Below are positions 9,456 to 19,372 of a stretch of 64,000 bases of DNA, piece after piece; position 1 is the stretch's first letter, and each line of letters opens with the position of its first letter. The notes beneath the pieces are model-generated. The model saw nothing but the letters and a program-made list of their open reading frames with translations, did no database searches and was not told where the DNA came from. Origin of the DNA: Candidatus Gottesmanbacteria bacterium (GTDB lineage: Bacteria > Patescibacteriota > Microgenomatia > UBA10105 > UBA927); assembly GCA_903821745.1 (NCBI GenBank), contig CAIJMI010000004.1, positions 152,404 to 216,403 of the forward strand, read 5' to 3'. Made by a program: the position numbers and the translations under genes.

Positions 9456-9593
9456 TATTTATGAACCACTGCCTTTGAATTTAATCAGTTAAATGGTTAC
9501 GTTTAAAGATTTAGAAAATATTAGAATGGGTTAGAACGTTCTCTATAGGTGAGCCCGATATATCACTCAATAGTCACCTGATAGAATATAAAT

Positions 9594-9983
9594 GTGATGA
9601 AAAAAAATAACAAAAAACTATTATTTTGGATGCCAAGGATATTAGGAATAATATTTATTCTTTTCTTAATGATGTTTTCTTTAGATGTTTTTGAATTAAG
9701 ATTAACTGGGTGGCAGATAGTTATGGGTTTGTTGATGCATAATATTCCTACATTATTTTTATTAATTATTTTGATAATTTCATGGAAGCATGAAATAGTA
9801 GGAGGAATTGTTTTTATCCTTGCAGGAGTATTCTATATTATCATGTTAACCATGCAGCCTACATTTGAATGGTACATGTTGGCTTGGTCAGCAATAATTG
9901 CTGGCCCATCATTGCTTACTGGTGTATTATTTTTTATAAATTGGCGTAAAAAACGCCATTATAGAATTGAATTAAAAAAATAG
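9594..9983 (+). CDS. Integral membrane protein, unknown function
   Basis: Four hydrophobic helices. Confidence 0.45.
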   Translation: MMKKNNKKLLFWMPRILGIIFILFLMMFSLDVFELRLTGWQIVMGLLMHNIPTLFLLIILIISWKHEIVGGIVFILAGVFYIIMLTMQPTFEWYMLAWSAIIAGPSLLTGVLFFINWRKKRHYRIELKK

Positions 9984-10027
9984 CGAACGCCACCAATTAT
10001 TCGGTGCAAACTTGATATAATGAACTT

Positions 10028-10333
10028 ATGTCTAAGAATCCGTTTATTAATGCCTTCAGTGCTGCGATTTATATCATTTTTGTTGTTACCGTTATGACTT
10101 TCGTAACACAACCTTTAAAGACTAAGCCAGATACTTTCTTTGCCCCCATCACATTGTTATCTATGCTTACCCTTTCTGTCACTGTAATGGCATTTTTATT
10201 TTTTTATCAACCCCTCCAACTATTTATTGATGGAAAGAAAAAGGAATCAATTAACCTATTCATTAAGACCGTTGGTGTATTTGCAGCAATTACATTGCTG
10301 ATTTTATTTCTGCTTTTTTTAGGTCTTATTTAA
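10028..10333 (+). CDS. Integral membrane protein, unknown function
   Basis: Three hydrophobic helices. Confidence 0.45.
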   Translation: MSKNPFINAFSAAIYIIFVVTVMTFVTQPLKTKPDTFFAPITLLSMLTLSVTVMAFLFFYQPLQLFIDGKKKESINLFIKTVGVFAAITLLILFLLFLGLI

Positions 10334-10499
10334 TTTAAAGTAATTGCTAACACCACTGACGGAACCGGAAAAATGCAGTTCTATGGAATGGTTTCCGATA
10401 GATAAATTTCCAAAAAAACTATTCCATATATTAAAGAAGTAATTACGCATTTTAAAAAATCGGAATTTTTTTCTGAGTTTGGCTGGAAGAAATAAGACA

Positions 10500-10928
10500 C
10501 TAATGATATTTTTCTTTAAATTCGTCAAACCAATCAATGGGTGCCTGAGTCTCTGTTTCCCCATTATAATTAACTAGAATTTCTTCGTCTTTTTTAATAT
10601 TGGAGGTTGCTCGATAAATCATGGTTTTTGCTTGGAAGTCTTGTTCCCATGTAGCATTAGGAGTGAATGAATGGTTATATATGGAGCCATATCCTAAAAC
10701 CATGACACCACATCGAGTACTTGTCCATGGATATAAATAATAGGCAAAAATAGTGTGTTCAGAGTGTGTTCGTTCTTTGGGGGAAAGATAGACAACAGGA
10801 GAAGTTTCGATAATTTCTCCCTTTTTAAAATTTTTGGCTGCGAAGACTCCACGCCCTTTGTGTTCAGTGTTTTTTATGACAACTGATGGAGCGAAAATAA
10901 TTGGTAAATGATTAGAGCCAATGGACAT
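10500..10928 (-). CDS. SET-domain protein (putative lysine methyltransferase)
   Basis: GRGVFA...KGE, NHS..PN and EEILVNY signature motifs of the SET domain. Confidence 0.8.
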   Translation of the reverse strand: MSIGSNHLPIIFAPSVVIKNTEHKGRGVFAAKNFKKGEIIETSPVVYLSPKERTHSEHTIFAYYLYPWTSTRCGVMVLGYGSIYNHSFTPNATWEQDFQAKTMIYRATSNIKKDEEILVNYNGETETQAPIDWFDEFKEKYH

Positions 10929-11403
10929 AAGTACAACCTGTTGCTTGTTTCTTTTCTCTATCCCATCCTGCGGTTGAACATTTTTTCATTTTTTTGCCTG
11001 AAACCGTGGTATACAATACTAATTTTGCTCCGCATTCTGGACATTCTTCATCAAGAGGTTCTGTTGTTCCATTAATCCATTCGACATAGTCACATCCTAT
11101 TACCTGTTTTTTTGTTGCATCCCATCCACCGGTTGAACATTTTTTCATCTTTTTTCCGAATCGTGTCATCGTTAGAACAAGTGAAGCGCCGCATTTTGGA
11201 CATGTTTCATCTAACGTTTGTGGCTCAAAAGGAAGCCATAAAACAAAATCGCATCCATCGATTTTTTTTGTTTCAGCATTCCACATCCCCGCGGTGCAGC
11301 GGCGTAATTTTTTACCAGAGCTCGTGATAACAACTTCACCGAGCTTACTTCCACATTTTGGACAAATTTCTTGATTTTCATTTGAGACAGATGGTGTATT
11401 CAT
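10912..11403 (-). CDS. Triple topoisomerase-type C4 zinc-ribbon protein (YrdD-like)
   Basis: Three tandem repeats of about 50 aa, CP(K/E)CG...GKK...C..G.W...K...GC.YV.W, four Cys each (zf-C4_Topoisom-like). 17-nt overlap with the SET gene. Confidence 0.7.
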   Translation of the reverse strand: MNTPSVSNENQEICPKCGSKLGEVVITSSGKKLRRCTAGMWNAETKKIDGCDFVLWLPFEPQTLDETCPKCGASLVLTMTRFGKKMKKCSTGGWDATKKQVIGCDYVEWINGTTEPLDEECPECGAKLVLYTTVSGKKMKKCSTAGWDREKKQATGCTYVHWL

Positions 11404-11496
11404 ATTTTCATACTATAGCACGGATATTTGAAAATATGTATGGAGGAAAATATTTTTCAAGGGAGCTGATATACTTAAATAAGTATTGATCTGCCT

Positions 11497-13344
11497 ATGA
11501 AAATAAATGTTTCCATTATTGCACTGTTAGCGATCTTACTTGTTTTTCAATACGGAAAATTTTTTCCTGAACCTATAATTCATCCGTATCTTCTTGCAAT
11601 TGGAATCCTTGCAACGATTCCAGTATTTTTAAACGCAGTAAAATCAATGCTGCAAAAAAAAATATCTGTTGACCTTCTCGCATCAATTACACTAGTGGTC
11701 TCAATGATCAAAGGAGAATGGGTATCTGTAGGGTTCATTAATCTTATGATTACATCAGCCAGAATTTTTGGAACATATACGGAAGGAAAAGCAAAATCTG
11801 CCATTAAGGGATTGTTAAAACTTCGTCCTGACAATGTACGAATTAAACAAAAAGACGGCATTGTTGTTAGGCACATTAATGAGGTCACCATTGGAGATAT
11901 CGTTGTCGTCGAATCAGGGGAACGTATCCCTATTGATGGGAGTGTTATCCAAGGAGAGGGATCGATTAATCAGTCATCTCTCACAGGTGAATCACTTCCT
12001 ATTGAAAAACATGAAGGGGATACATTGTTAAGTTCAACACTTGTTGAATCAGGAATATTTCTTATCCGTACTGAAAAAATTGGAAAAGATACTACATTCG
12101 AAAAAATAATTGCACTCGTCGAACAGGCACAATCTGGAAAAGGTTTAATACAAACTATGGTAAATACGTTTTCCTCATGGTATATCCTTCTCACATTACT
12201 TGGCTCTTTGTCTCTCTATTTTATTTCTCATGATACTAATCTCGTCCTGAGTGTGCTTTTAGTAACCTGCGCTGATGATATTGCTGTTGCGGTTCCTATG
12301 GCATTTTATGCAGCAATTGCATATGCCGCGAAGCGGGGCATCATTATCAAGGGGGGACAATATTTAGAAGGATTAACACGGGTAAAAATGGTAGTTGTGG
12401 ATAAAACCGGTACATTAACGCGAGGCAATATTGCAGTTAGCAAAGTATATCCGTTCGGGCAATATTCAGAACAACAAGTTGTAAGTTATGCGGCTATCGC
12501 AGCGAGCATGTCACAGCACCCGATTTCGAAAGCTATTCTTTTGTATGCTCAAAAGAAACATATTGAAATTAAACAGCCTGAAATATTTGATGAGCATCCT
12601 GGGAAGGGGGTAATGGCAGTATTTCACCATCAACATATAATAGTTGGAAATAAAAAATTGTTGCTAGATAAGCATATAACTATTTCCTATGAGCAAATGC
12701 AACAATACAATAAAAGTAGTAATGCAGGATATTCTGTGTTATTTGTCGGTTATGATGGAACATGTATTGGAAATATTGTGTTAAGCGATGAGGTTCGTCC
12801 AGAAATTCGGACAACGATTCAATCTTTGAAACATTTTGGTATTCGAAATATTGTTATGTTAACAGGGGATAATGAAAAAGTTGCAAGCCATGTGATGGAA
12901 CAAACAGGAATTACTGCGTATCATGCGAATTTATTACCGGAAGATAAAGTTGCATTTATAAAATCTCATAAAGGGGGACGTCATCTTGTCGCAATGGTTG
13001 GGGATGGTGTAAATGATGCAGCTGCTCTTGCCGCCTCTGATATCGGCATTGCAATGGGAACAATCGGAACTGATGCAGCCATCGAATCTTCAGACATTGC
13101 ACTTATGCATGATAATCTACAAAAAATTCCAGAGGTAATCGCAATTGGTAGACACGTTGTAAAGATTGCTCATCAAAATTTTATTATTTGGGGGGTAGTA
13201 AATTGTATTGGTTTAGTTCTCGTATTTACAAGAGTTATTGGTCCAGCAGAGGCAGCTGCGTTTAATTTTGTGACGGACTTCTTTCCACTGATGAATTCTA
13301 TGCGACTTTTCCGTCGACAGTCTTTTGATCGTGTGATAGGATAA
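11497..13344 (+). CDS. P-type ATPase, minimal P1B-like architecture, specificity unclear
   Basis: TGES actuator, DKTGTLT, GDGVNDAAAL; six TM core. Lacks an N-terminal metal-binding domain. The TM motif reads CADD where CPC is expected. Confidence 0.8.
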   Translation: MKINVSIIALLAILLVFQYGKFFPEPIIHPYLLAIGILATIPVFLNAVKSMLQKKISVDLLASITLVVSMIKGEWVSVGFINLMITSARIFGTYTEGKAKSAIKGLLKLRPDNVRIKQKDGIVVRHINEVTIGDIVVVESGERIPIDGSVIQGEGSINQSSLTGESLPIEKHEGDTLLSSTLVESGIFLIRTEKIGKDTTFEKIIALVEQAQSGKGLIQTMVNTFSSWYILLTLLGSLSLYFISHDTNLVLSVLLVTCADDIAVAVPMAFYAAIAYAAKRGIIIKGGQYLEGLTRVKMVVVDKTGTLTRGNIAVSKVYPFGQYSEQQVVSYAAIAASMSQHPISKAILLYAQKKHIEIKQPEIFDEHPGKGVMAVFHHQHIIVGNKKLLLDKHITISYEQMQQYNKSSNAGYSVLFVGYDGTCIGNIVLSDEVRPEIRTTIQSLKHFGIRNIVMLTGDNEKVASHVMEQTGITAYHANLLPEDKVAFIKSHKGGRHLVAMVGDGVNDAAALAASDIGIAMGTIGTDAAIESSDIALMHDNLQKIPEVIAIGRHVVKIAHQNFIIWGVVNCIGLVLVFTRVIGPAEAAAFNFVTDFFPLMNSMRLFRRQSFDRVIG

Positions 13345-13355
13345 AGGCCACCGTT

Positions 13356-13961
13356 ATGATTACCGAACTTATCTTTGATGTTGAGACAAAAAAATTATTC
13401 AGCGATATTACAACTGATGATCCGGCTGACCTTGAAGTGTCAGTTGTTTCTGTATACAAAAGAAAATTAAATACTCTGTTTGAAGAGATAGAAGGGGAAA
13501 TGCGAAGTTTTTGGGAACAGGATTTTTCTTCCATGTGGCCATGGTTTTCTGAAGCAGATAGAATTATTGGATTTAACTCTTTAAAATTTGATGTTCCGGC
13601 GCTTCGACCATATGCGCCACTCACATTGTCAGCTCTTCCTCATTTTGACATTATGGAACTTGTGAGACAAAAAACAGGACGACGAATTGGATTAAGTGCT
13701 CTTGCAAAAGAAACGTTGGGAGATGATAAAACAGATGTCGGCACAAACGCAGTTTTATATTGGGCAAAGGGTGATTCAGTAAGTCTTCAAAAGCTCAAAA
13801 CGTACTGTGAAGCCGACGTTGCATTAACGCGGGACTTATATGATTTTGGAAGAAAAAATAAACAACTAAAGTTTCGGGATAAATGGAATAATATTGCAAC
13901 AATTGATATCGATTTTTCGTATCCAATTAAAAAAGAAGAACCGCAGATAGGATTATTTTAG
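13356..13961 (+). CDS. RNase H-like / DEDD 3'-5' exonuclease domain protein
   Basis: Exo I FDVET, Exo II GFNSLKFDVP, Exo III YCEADVALTRDLY. Confidence 0.6.
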   Translation: MITELIFDVETKKLFSDITTDDPADLEVSVVSVYKRKLNTLFEEIEGEMRSFWEQDFSSMWPWFSEADRIIGFNSLKFDVPALRPYAPLTLSALPHFDIMELVRQKTGRRIGLSALAKETLGDDKTDVGTNAVLYWAKGDSVSLQKLKTYCEADVALTRDLYDFGRKNKQLKFRDKWNNIATIDIDFSYPIKKEEPQIGLF

Positions 13962-13977
13962 CTTTATAAAGGAAATT

Positions 13978-14983
13978 ATGCATACGTCTCTTCCTTCAGG
14001 AACCAAAAAACGCTTTTTTAATAATGTTTTTTTTATTGGTTTGATCAGCTTTTTTTGGTGGCATTAGCCAGGATATTTTTGTTCCCGTTTTGCCATTATA
14101 TTTGGCAAATGGGCTCCGTTTTATTGATGGAGTTGGAAAAGGGATCAAAGATTCTCCAAAAGATGCGTTGATTGCTGAATCCACAGAAGGAAAAACCCGT
14201 GGGAAAGGATTTGGTATTGTTCGTGCTCTCGATACATTTGGTTCTGTAGTGGGTCCATTGCTATTATTTGTGTTGTTATATGTTTTACGAAATAACACAT
14301 TACAATATCATTACATATTCATTATTACGGCAGTGCCATTGGTTTTCACTTTAGGTATTTTAAAATTTTTTGTGAAAGAAGCGGAGATACCAAAAATCGT
14401 TGTTACAGATCAAACAACATCCGCATTGCCGATAAAATATTATATATTCTTTGGCATTGTATTGTTTTTTTCTTTAGGAAATGCTTCCGATACGTTTCTT
14501 ATCCTTCGAGCGCAAAATGTTTGCGTAAGTCTGCTAAGCATTCCGCTTGTATATGCATTATTTAATGCAGTGTATGCGTCGGCATCAATTCCCTTGGGAA
14601 GCCTGTCGGATAAGATTGGAAGGGAAAAAGTGATTTTATTTGGATGGATTGCATATGCCGTTGCGTATTTCGGTTTTACTAAAGCGCAAACATCTCTTGC
14701 TATTTGGTTTTTATTTGCATTTTATGGAATTTATTACGCAACGACAGAGGGGGTAGTGAAAGCATTTATAGCGGATCTCGTTCTATCTGGTCATCGGGGA
14801 AAAGCATATGGAATATATAACGCGTTGATTGGTTTAATTACATTACCTGCAAGTTTTATTGCTGGATTATTGTGGGATAAGATTTCCCCAGCAACCCCAT
14901 TTTATTTTACCTCAGGAATTGCATGTATTTCCATAGTCAGCCTTTTTATTTTTATGAAAGCGTTTAGTAGAAAATTAAGATAA
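13978..14983 (+). pseudogene. MFS transporter gene interrupted by a +1 frameshift in a T7 homopolymer
   Basis: ATG 13978 encodes MHTSLPSGTKKRFFNNVFFIGLISFF, then stops. After the T run at 14050-14056 the +1 frame continues GGISQDIFVPVLPLYLANGL... through about 11 TM helices to 14983. Removing one T restores a single MFS ORF. Confidence 0.6.
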
Positions 14984-15724
14984 TTTTTTTGCACGAATTG
15001 CGAGAAATAGAGGAAATTCACTTCGACTTCTATTTTCCATTTTCGCAGTATTCCCAACACTCGTTTTATCTGATATCCATTCCTCTATTTTTTCTATAAC
15101 AAATCCAGACTGTTCAAGCCACGCGCTATAGGAAGATAGAGGATAATGAAATGTCCATGTCGTTGTTTTTTGTGTTTGTCCAGGATGCATCGATATGGGG
15201 ATTTCGAGAGGAGAAAGATATCTATTTATTCTTCTGTATTGGAGTTTACTTTCTTTATCAACTTCCCATCCTGATTGTCGAGGTATTCTAAAACACGGAT
15301 GATTTATAACAAAGACAAATATACCTTTTGGTTCCAAATAGTGGAATGTATATCGTAATACGAGAGATATATTTTTGATATTATCTAGTGTCAGAATACA
15401 TACAGCATGTGAAAAAGTGTTCTGTAAATGAAGTGGTGTTGTAATATCACCAGTTATATATGTATGTTTCGTATTTTTATCGCGTTTTTTGGCAGAAGCG
15501 ATAAGCGATGGGGAGAGATCAACGCCAACATAAGGAATTGCCGGAGGGATCGCTCGGGCAAAAATTCCTTGACCACATCCTAAATCAAGAAGTGTGGATG
15601 TAGATGAAAGTGACAACAAAGTGATTGTTTTTGGGGTAACAATATTTTTATGTGTCCAGTCACCGGAATCCCCAAGCTTTTTGTCATACCATGAATGAAC
15701 AGATTGCCAGGATGAAGTCATCAT
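14975..15724 (-). CDS. Class I SAM-dependent methyltransferase
   Basis: Motif I LLDLGCGQGIFA. Confidence 0.7.
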   Translation of the reverse strand: MMTSSWQSVHSWYDKKLGDSGDWTHKNIVTPKTITLLSLSSTSTLLDLGCGQGIFARAIPPAIPYVGVDLSPSLIASAKKRDKNTKHTYITGDITTPLHLQNTFSHAVCILTLDNIKNISLVLRYTFHYLEPKGIFVFVINHPCFRIPRQSGWEVDKESKLQYRRINRYLSPLEIPISMHPGQTQKTTTWTFHYPLSSYSAWLEQSGFVIEKIEEWISDKTSVGNTAKMENRSRSEFPLFLAIRAKKLS

Positions 15725-16515
15725 AAAAGTTTTTGTATTGCAGGGAGCATTTTAAGAGTTGCATCAACACCTAGTTGAATAGTTGGTCCCCCATGAACAG
15801 ATTCCGTAATATTTTTTGGGGTTACGAGTGGTTCAATAACAATATCTGCGGATTTTACATTCTCTTTAGCAAGGCTGTACCGTAAGCTATTCATTGTTGA
15901 CCACGCAATAGATAATGCTGATGGCTGATTTTGTTGTTGATTTGCTTCTTTGTTGATAAGATGCGCATCACAGCTCACTGCAATGATGATATCAGCGCCC
16001 ATCTTTTTGACAACTCGTACTGGAACGGGTAATGAAGTTCCTCCATCCATTAAATAAGCGTTGCCAATTTTAATAGGCTGAAAAAGTAAAGGAACGGAAC
16101 TACTTGCTCGCATCGCAGTAAGGAGGTCTCCATGAGTGATGATAACAGGTTCACCAGTTGCAATATCCGTAGCAACTGCAGCAAAGGGAGTTACAAGAGA
16201 TTCTATGGTTCGTTTACCTATATAATGTTGTAAAAACTCAATTGCGCGTTGCCCTTTGTTAATACCTGAAGAGAACGCTGCATCTGTGAGAATCCAAGCT
16301 AAATCTCGATATCCAAATGCTTCAACGATTGTTTCAATTTTGCCAATATCCTGAAGCGCTATAAAGGAGCCACCAATAACAGAACCTGCACTGGTTCCTG
16401 CAATAATATCGATGGGAATATGATGTGCAAGTAGTGTTTTGATAACGCCAATATGGACAAGTCCGCGTACACCACCACTTCCCAAGGCTAACCCCACTTT
16501 TTTTTGTTTTGCCAT
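15721..16515 (-). CDS. Patatin-like phospholipase
   Basis: GSGGVRG oxyanion motif, GTSAG nucleophile elbow, DGG catalytic Asp motif. Confidence 0.85.
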   Translation of the reverse strand: MAKQKKVGLALGSGGVRGLVHIGVIKTLLAHHIPIDIIAGTSAGSVIGGSFIALQDIGKIETIVEAFGYRDLAWILTDAAFSSGINKGQRAIEFLQHYIGKRTIESLVTPFAAVATDIATGEPVIITHGDLLTAMRASSSVPLLFQPIKIGNAYLMDGGTSLPVPVRVVKKMGADIIIAVSCDAHLINKEANQQQNQPSALSIAWSTMNSLRYSLAKENVKSADIVIEPLVTPKNITESVHGGPTIQLGVDATLKMLPAIQKLL

Positions 16516-16532
16516 ATTGATAGTATAACAAT

Positions 16533-16973
16533 TTGTACGAGGTATATCGATTGAACTATACTCGAATTATTATGAAACATATATTGGTCCTTTTTCTTAT
16601 CATATGTGGTATATTGTGGATGGTAACAACTCCAATTATTGCACTTAATCCAGGGGATATTGTTCCTATACAACAGAATATTCAGTTAACCCTGCTAACA
16701 AATACGCCCACTCCAACAATCACAACATTTCCACCAATTAAAAAACTTCCGATAGATATTCAATTAGTTATAACGAATACACCAACACTTACGGTTACAC
16801 CAACGATTGGTGTAACACCTACAACAACGGCTGTGGCAAGCCCGACGTTAACAACATCTCGTACGGAAAACCAAATTACGAAAAATGAGGCAACGGATAC
16901 AGCAACAAAAACAGTGTCTTCAAAAGACAAAATATTAGTAGAAATAATGGTCGTCTTGGTTATTTTATCATGA
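16533..16973 (+). CDS. Thr/Pro-rich secreted or membrane protein
   Basis: N-terminal TM/signal, then a T/P-rich mucin-like low-complexity region. Confidence 0.4.
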   Translation: MYEVYRLNYTRIIMKHILVLFLIICGILWMVTTPIIALNPGDIVPIQQNIQLTLLTNTPTPTITTFPPIKKLPIDIQLVITNTPTLTVTPTIGVTPTTTAVASPTLTTSRTENQITKNEATDTATKTVSSKDKILVEIMVVLVILS

Positions 16974-17030
16974 TAGCAATAGGTTGGCCAAAGATAAAAG
17001 CATGGCTTCATAAAAAAACGGAATAATAAT

Positions 17031-17804
17031 TTATCGAAGAATAAAGCAAAAGAAGAGTCCTGCGAGAGTAATCCTGTAGAGGGCAAATGGTAAAAATGTA
17101 TGCTGCTTTACAAATTGAAGAAATAGTTTTATTGCAAATAACGCTGTTATAAACGCGGTGACTAATCCAATAAGCAGAATGGGAATAGTTGTTGTATTAA
17201 AAGCGAATGGCGTTTTAATGATATCAAGTCCGACAGCAGCGACCATGGTGGGAATGGCAAGAAGAAAAGAAAATTCAACAGCAATTTCTCGAGATAACCC
17301 GGAAATTAGACCGGAAAATATTGACGCTGCTGATCGTGATACGCCTGGAACCATGGAAAGAGTCTGTCCAAGACCGATAGCCATAGCCTGCATAGGTGTA
17401 ATGCCTTCGAGGGTGGTGGTCTTTGCTGGACGATTTTTTACGAACTGTTCCATGAGTAAAAATGCAATTCCTCCAATGGTAAGAGACCAAACGACAATAA
17501 ATGCGTTTCCCAGAAGAAAATGTTTTACTATTTTATATAAGAGATATCCGATAATACCGGTCGGAATAAATGCATAAAGAAGCGGTTTCCAAAGAAATTG
17601 TTTAGATAGTAACGTATGTATATATGAAACTACAACGGCGGCGATAGCGCCGAGTTGGATAATAATTTCAAATGACGTAAGAAAATCTGTTTGAGGAATG
17701 GAAAGAAGTTTTCCTGCAAGAATCATATGACCTGTTGAGGAGATTGGTAAAAACTCTGTGATTCCCTCGATAAGTCCAAGAAGGAGTGCATGAGTGATGT
17801 TCAT
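17031..17804 (-). CDS. uppP: Undecaprenyl-diphosphate phosphatase (BacA/UppP)
   Basis: Characteristic N-terminus (GLIEGITEFLPISSTGH) and PGVSRS motif; eight TM helices. Confidence 0.9.
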   Translation of the reverse strand: MNITHALLLGLIEGITEFLPISSTGHMILAGKLLSIPQTDFLTSFEIIIQLGAIAAVVVSYIHTLLSKQFLWKPLLYAFIPTGIIGYLLYKIVKHFLLGNAFIVVWSLTIGGIAFLLMEQFVKNRPAKTTTLEGITPMQAMAIGLGQTLSMVPGVSRSAASIFSGLISGLSREIAVEFSFLLAIPTMVAAVGLDIIKTPFAFNTTTIPILLIGLVTAFITALFAIKLFLQFVKQHTFLPFALYRITLAGLFFCFILR

Positions 17805-17809
17805 AAAAA

Positions 17810-18004
17810 TTATTTCGCTATTTCGATAACGTTATTTGGACAAGCAGCAGCAGCTTCAGTCGCAAGTTTTTTGTCTTCTTCGGTATACGTAGTATCTTCT
17901 CTTTTCAGAGTAACGATTCCTGTATAAAGGGAAAAAAGTTCTGGTGCGATTGATGCACACATACCGCAGGATAAACATTTTTCCGTGTGAATTGTAATTT
18001 TCAT
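17810..18004 (-). CDS. 4Fe-4S ferredoxin
   Basis: CLSCGMC...CP cysteine cluster; 64 aa. Confidence 0.75.
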   Translation of the reverse strand: MKITIHTEKCLSCGMCASIAPELFSLYTGIVTLKREDTTYTEEDKKLATEAAAACPNNVIEIAK

Positions 18005-18013
18005 AAAATCTCC

Positions 18014-18430
18014 TTATATCTTAATTTTGTACCGCTTAATATTTGTCGCTCCGTTTGTCAGTTGAGAAGTAATGGTGAGTGTTGCGCCAGTTATGTTGTA
18101 ATGCGGGGTACAGACACCCTTACTGCATGTTCCAAAATATAAGTCTCTGGAATCAGATATTAAACCCGTTGTTTGTACTGTTCCCATGACACCTTGCGCG
18201 ACGCCATTTGCCATGTAGCTTAACTCATAAGAAACTTTTTTTACTGTTCCTAAATTTTGAAATGTAACAATAACACTATTGGTTAGACGGGATAATTTTG
18301 CTGATGAATAAGAGACTGAAGGTGTACTCGCTGGTCCAATTTTTTTTACCCGTAATTTTGCAGCACATACTGGAGATGCAAAAAGAAGTAAAAATACAAT
18401 AGCAAATATGATCTGACTGGCGCATTTCAT
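18014..18430 (-). CDS. Secreted hypothetical protein
   Basis: Signal peptide; beta-rich Ser/Thr-rich composition. Confidence 0.4.
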   Translation of the reverse strand: MKCASQIIFAIVFLLLFASPVCAAKLRVKKIGPASTPSVSYSSAKLSRLTNSVIVTFQNLGTVKKVSYELSYMANGVAQGVMGTVQTTGLISDSRDLYFGTCSKGVCTPHYNITGATLTITSQLTNGATNIKRYKIKI

Positions 18431-18453
18431 ATGTCGTATTATATACCCGAGGT

Positions 18454-19092
18454 GTGAAATTTGGTAGAATAAGGGAGATGAAAAGGAAAATAATTATTGT
18501 AGGAGCAATCATTGCAATAGTTTTGATCGGAAGCGGTGTTTATATGTTTCGTGATAAACTTTTTAAAAAACAGAATCCTAGTGTTTTACAAGTGGTTAAG
18601 GAGGAAAAGATAGAAATGGTGACATGGGATGACCCTGCGGGATTTTCTTTTCAATATCCCAAAGAAATCACTATAAATAAACATGATGAAGATATGGAAA
18701 ATTATGCTCATCTTGAACTAACGGTCTCGTCTCACACAGGGCGATTGATCATATGGGCAAAAGATACGACATATAGTGATATTGCTACATGGATAAAAAA
18801 AGACGTGACACTAAAAGATGCGGTAGTCATCGATACAATCATCGGCGGAAAACCAGCAAAAAAAATTATTCTTACGACACCAGCAAAAAAATTGATAGCA
18901 GGCACCGTTGATGATCAAATATTATTTACCATTGAAGCAGAGCTAGCAGAAGGTGATCTATATTGGCAAAAAATATATGATTCTATAGTTCAAAGTTTTA
19001 CGTTTACATCTACTTCAGGCAATGATAGCACTGCGGAATCTTTCGTCGAAGACACAGGTCCTGTCGTTGATGAAGAGGAAGTGTTAGAATAA
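18454..19092 (+). CDS. Membrane-anchored hypothetical protein
   Basis: Single N-terminal TM; acidic C-terminus. Confidence 0.45.
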   Translation: MKFGRIREMKRKIIIVGAIIAIVLIGSGVYMFRDKLFKKQNPSVLQVVKEEKIEMVTWDDPAGFSFQYPKEITINKHDEDMENYAHLELTVSSHTGRLIIWAKDTTYSDIATWIKKDVTLKDAVVIDTIIGGKPAKKIILTTPAKKLIAGTVDDQILFTIEAELAEGDLYWQKIYDSIVQSFTFTSTSGNDSTAESFVEDTGPVVDEEEVLE

Positions 19093-19115
19093 TTCCTTGA
19101 AAGGAAAATAAGGTT

Positions 19116-19367
19116 ATGAATCTTTTTATTGGAAATTTACCATATACAATGGATAGCACCAAACTTGCTGACGTTTTTGGCCAAGCGGGAAAAATTATAT
19201 CCGCAAAAGTGATAGCAGATAAATATTCAGGAAGATCACGAGGATTTGGATTCGTCGAGATGAGTTCGGAAGAAGAAACCAAAAAAGCAATTGAACTGTT
19301 CAATGGAACTGCTGTTGATGGAAGACCACTTGTTGTGAATGTCGCAAAAACCTCAAATAAAGAATGA
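19116..19367 (+). CDS. RRM-type RNA-binding protein
   Basis: RNP-2 LFIGNL and RNP-1 RGFGFVEM. Confidence 0.85.
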   Translation: MNLFIGNLPYTMDSTKLADVFGQAGKIISAKVIADKYSGRSRGFGFVEMSSEEETKKAIELFNGTAVDGRPLVVNVAKTSNKE

Positions 19368-19372
19368 TGAAG

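Noticed and set aside
13996-14298. A 100-aa minus-strand ORF overlapping the MFS frameshift region
   Set aside because: It is antisense to a coherent MFS TM1-TM2 reading on the plus strand. Its composition is artefactual.
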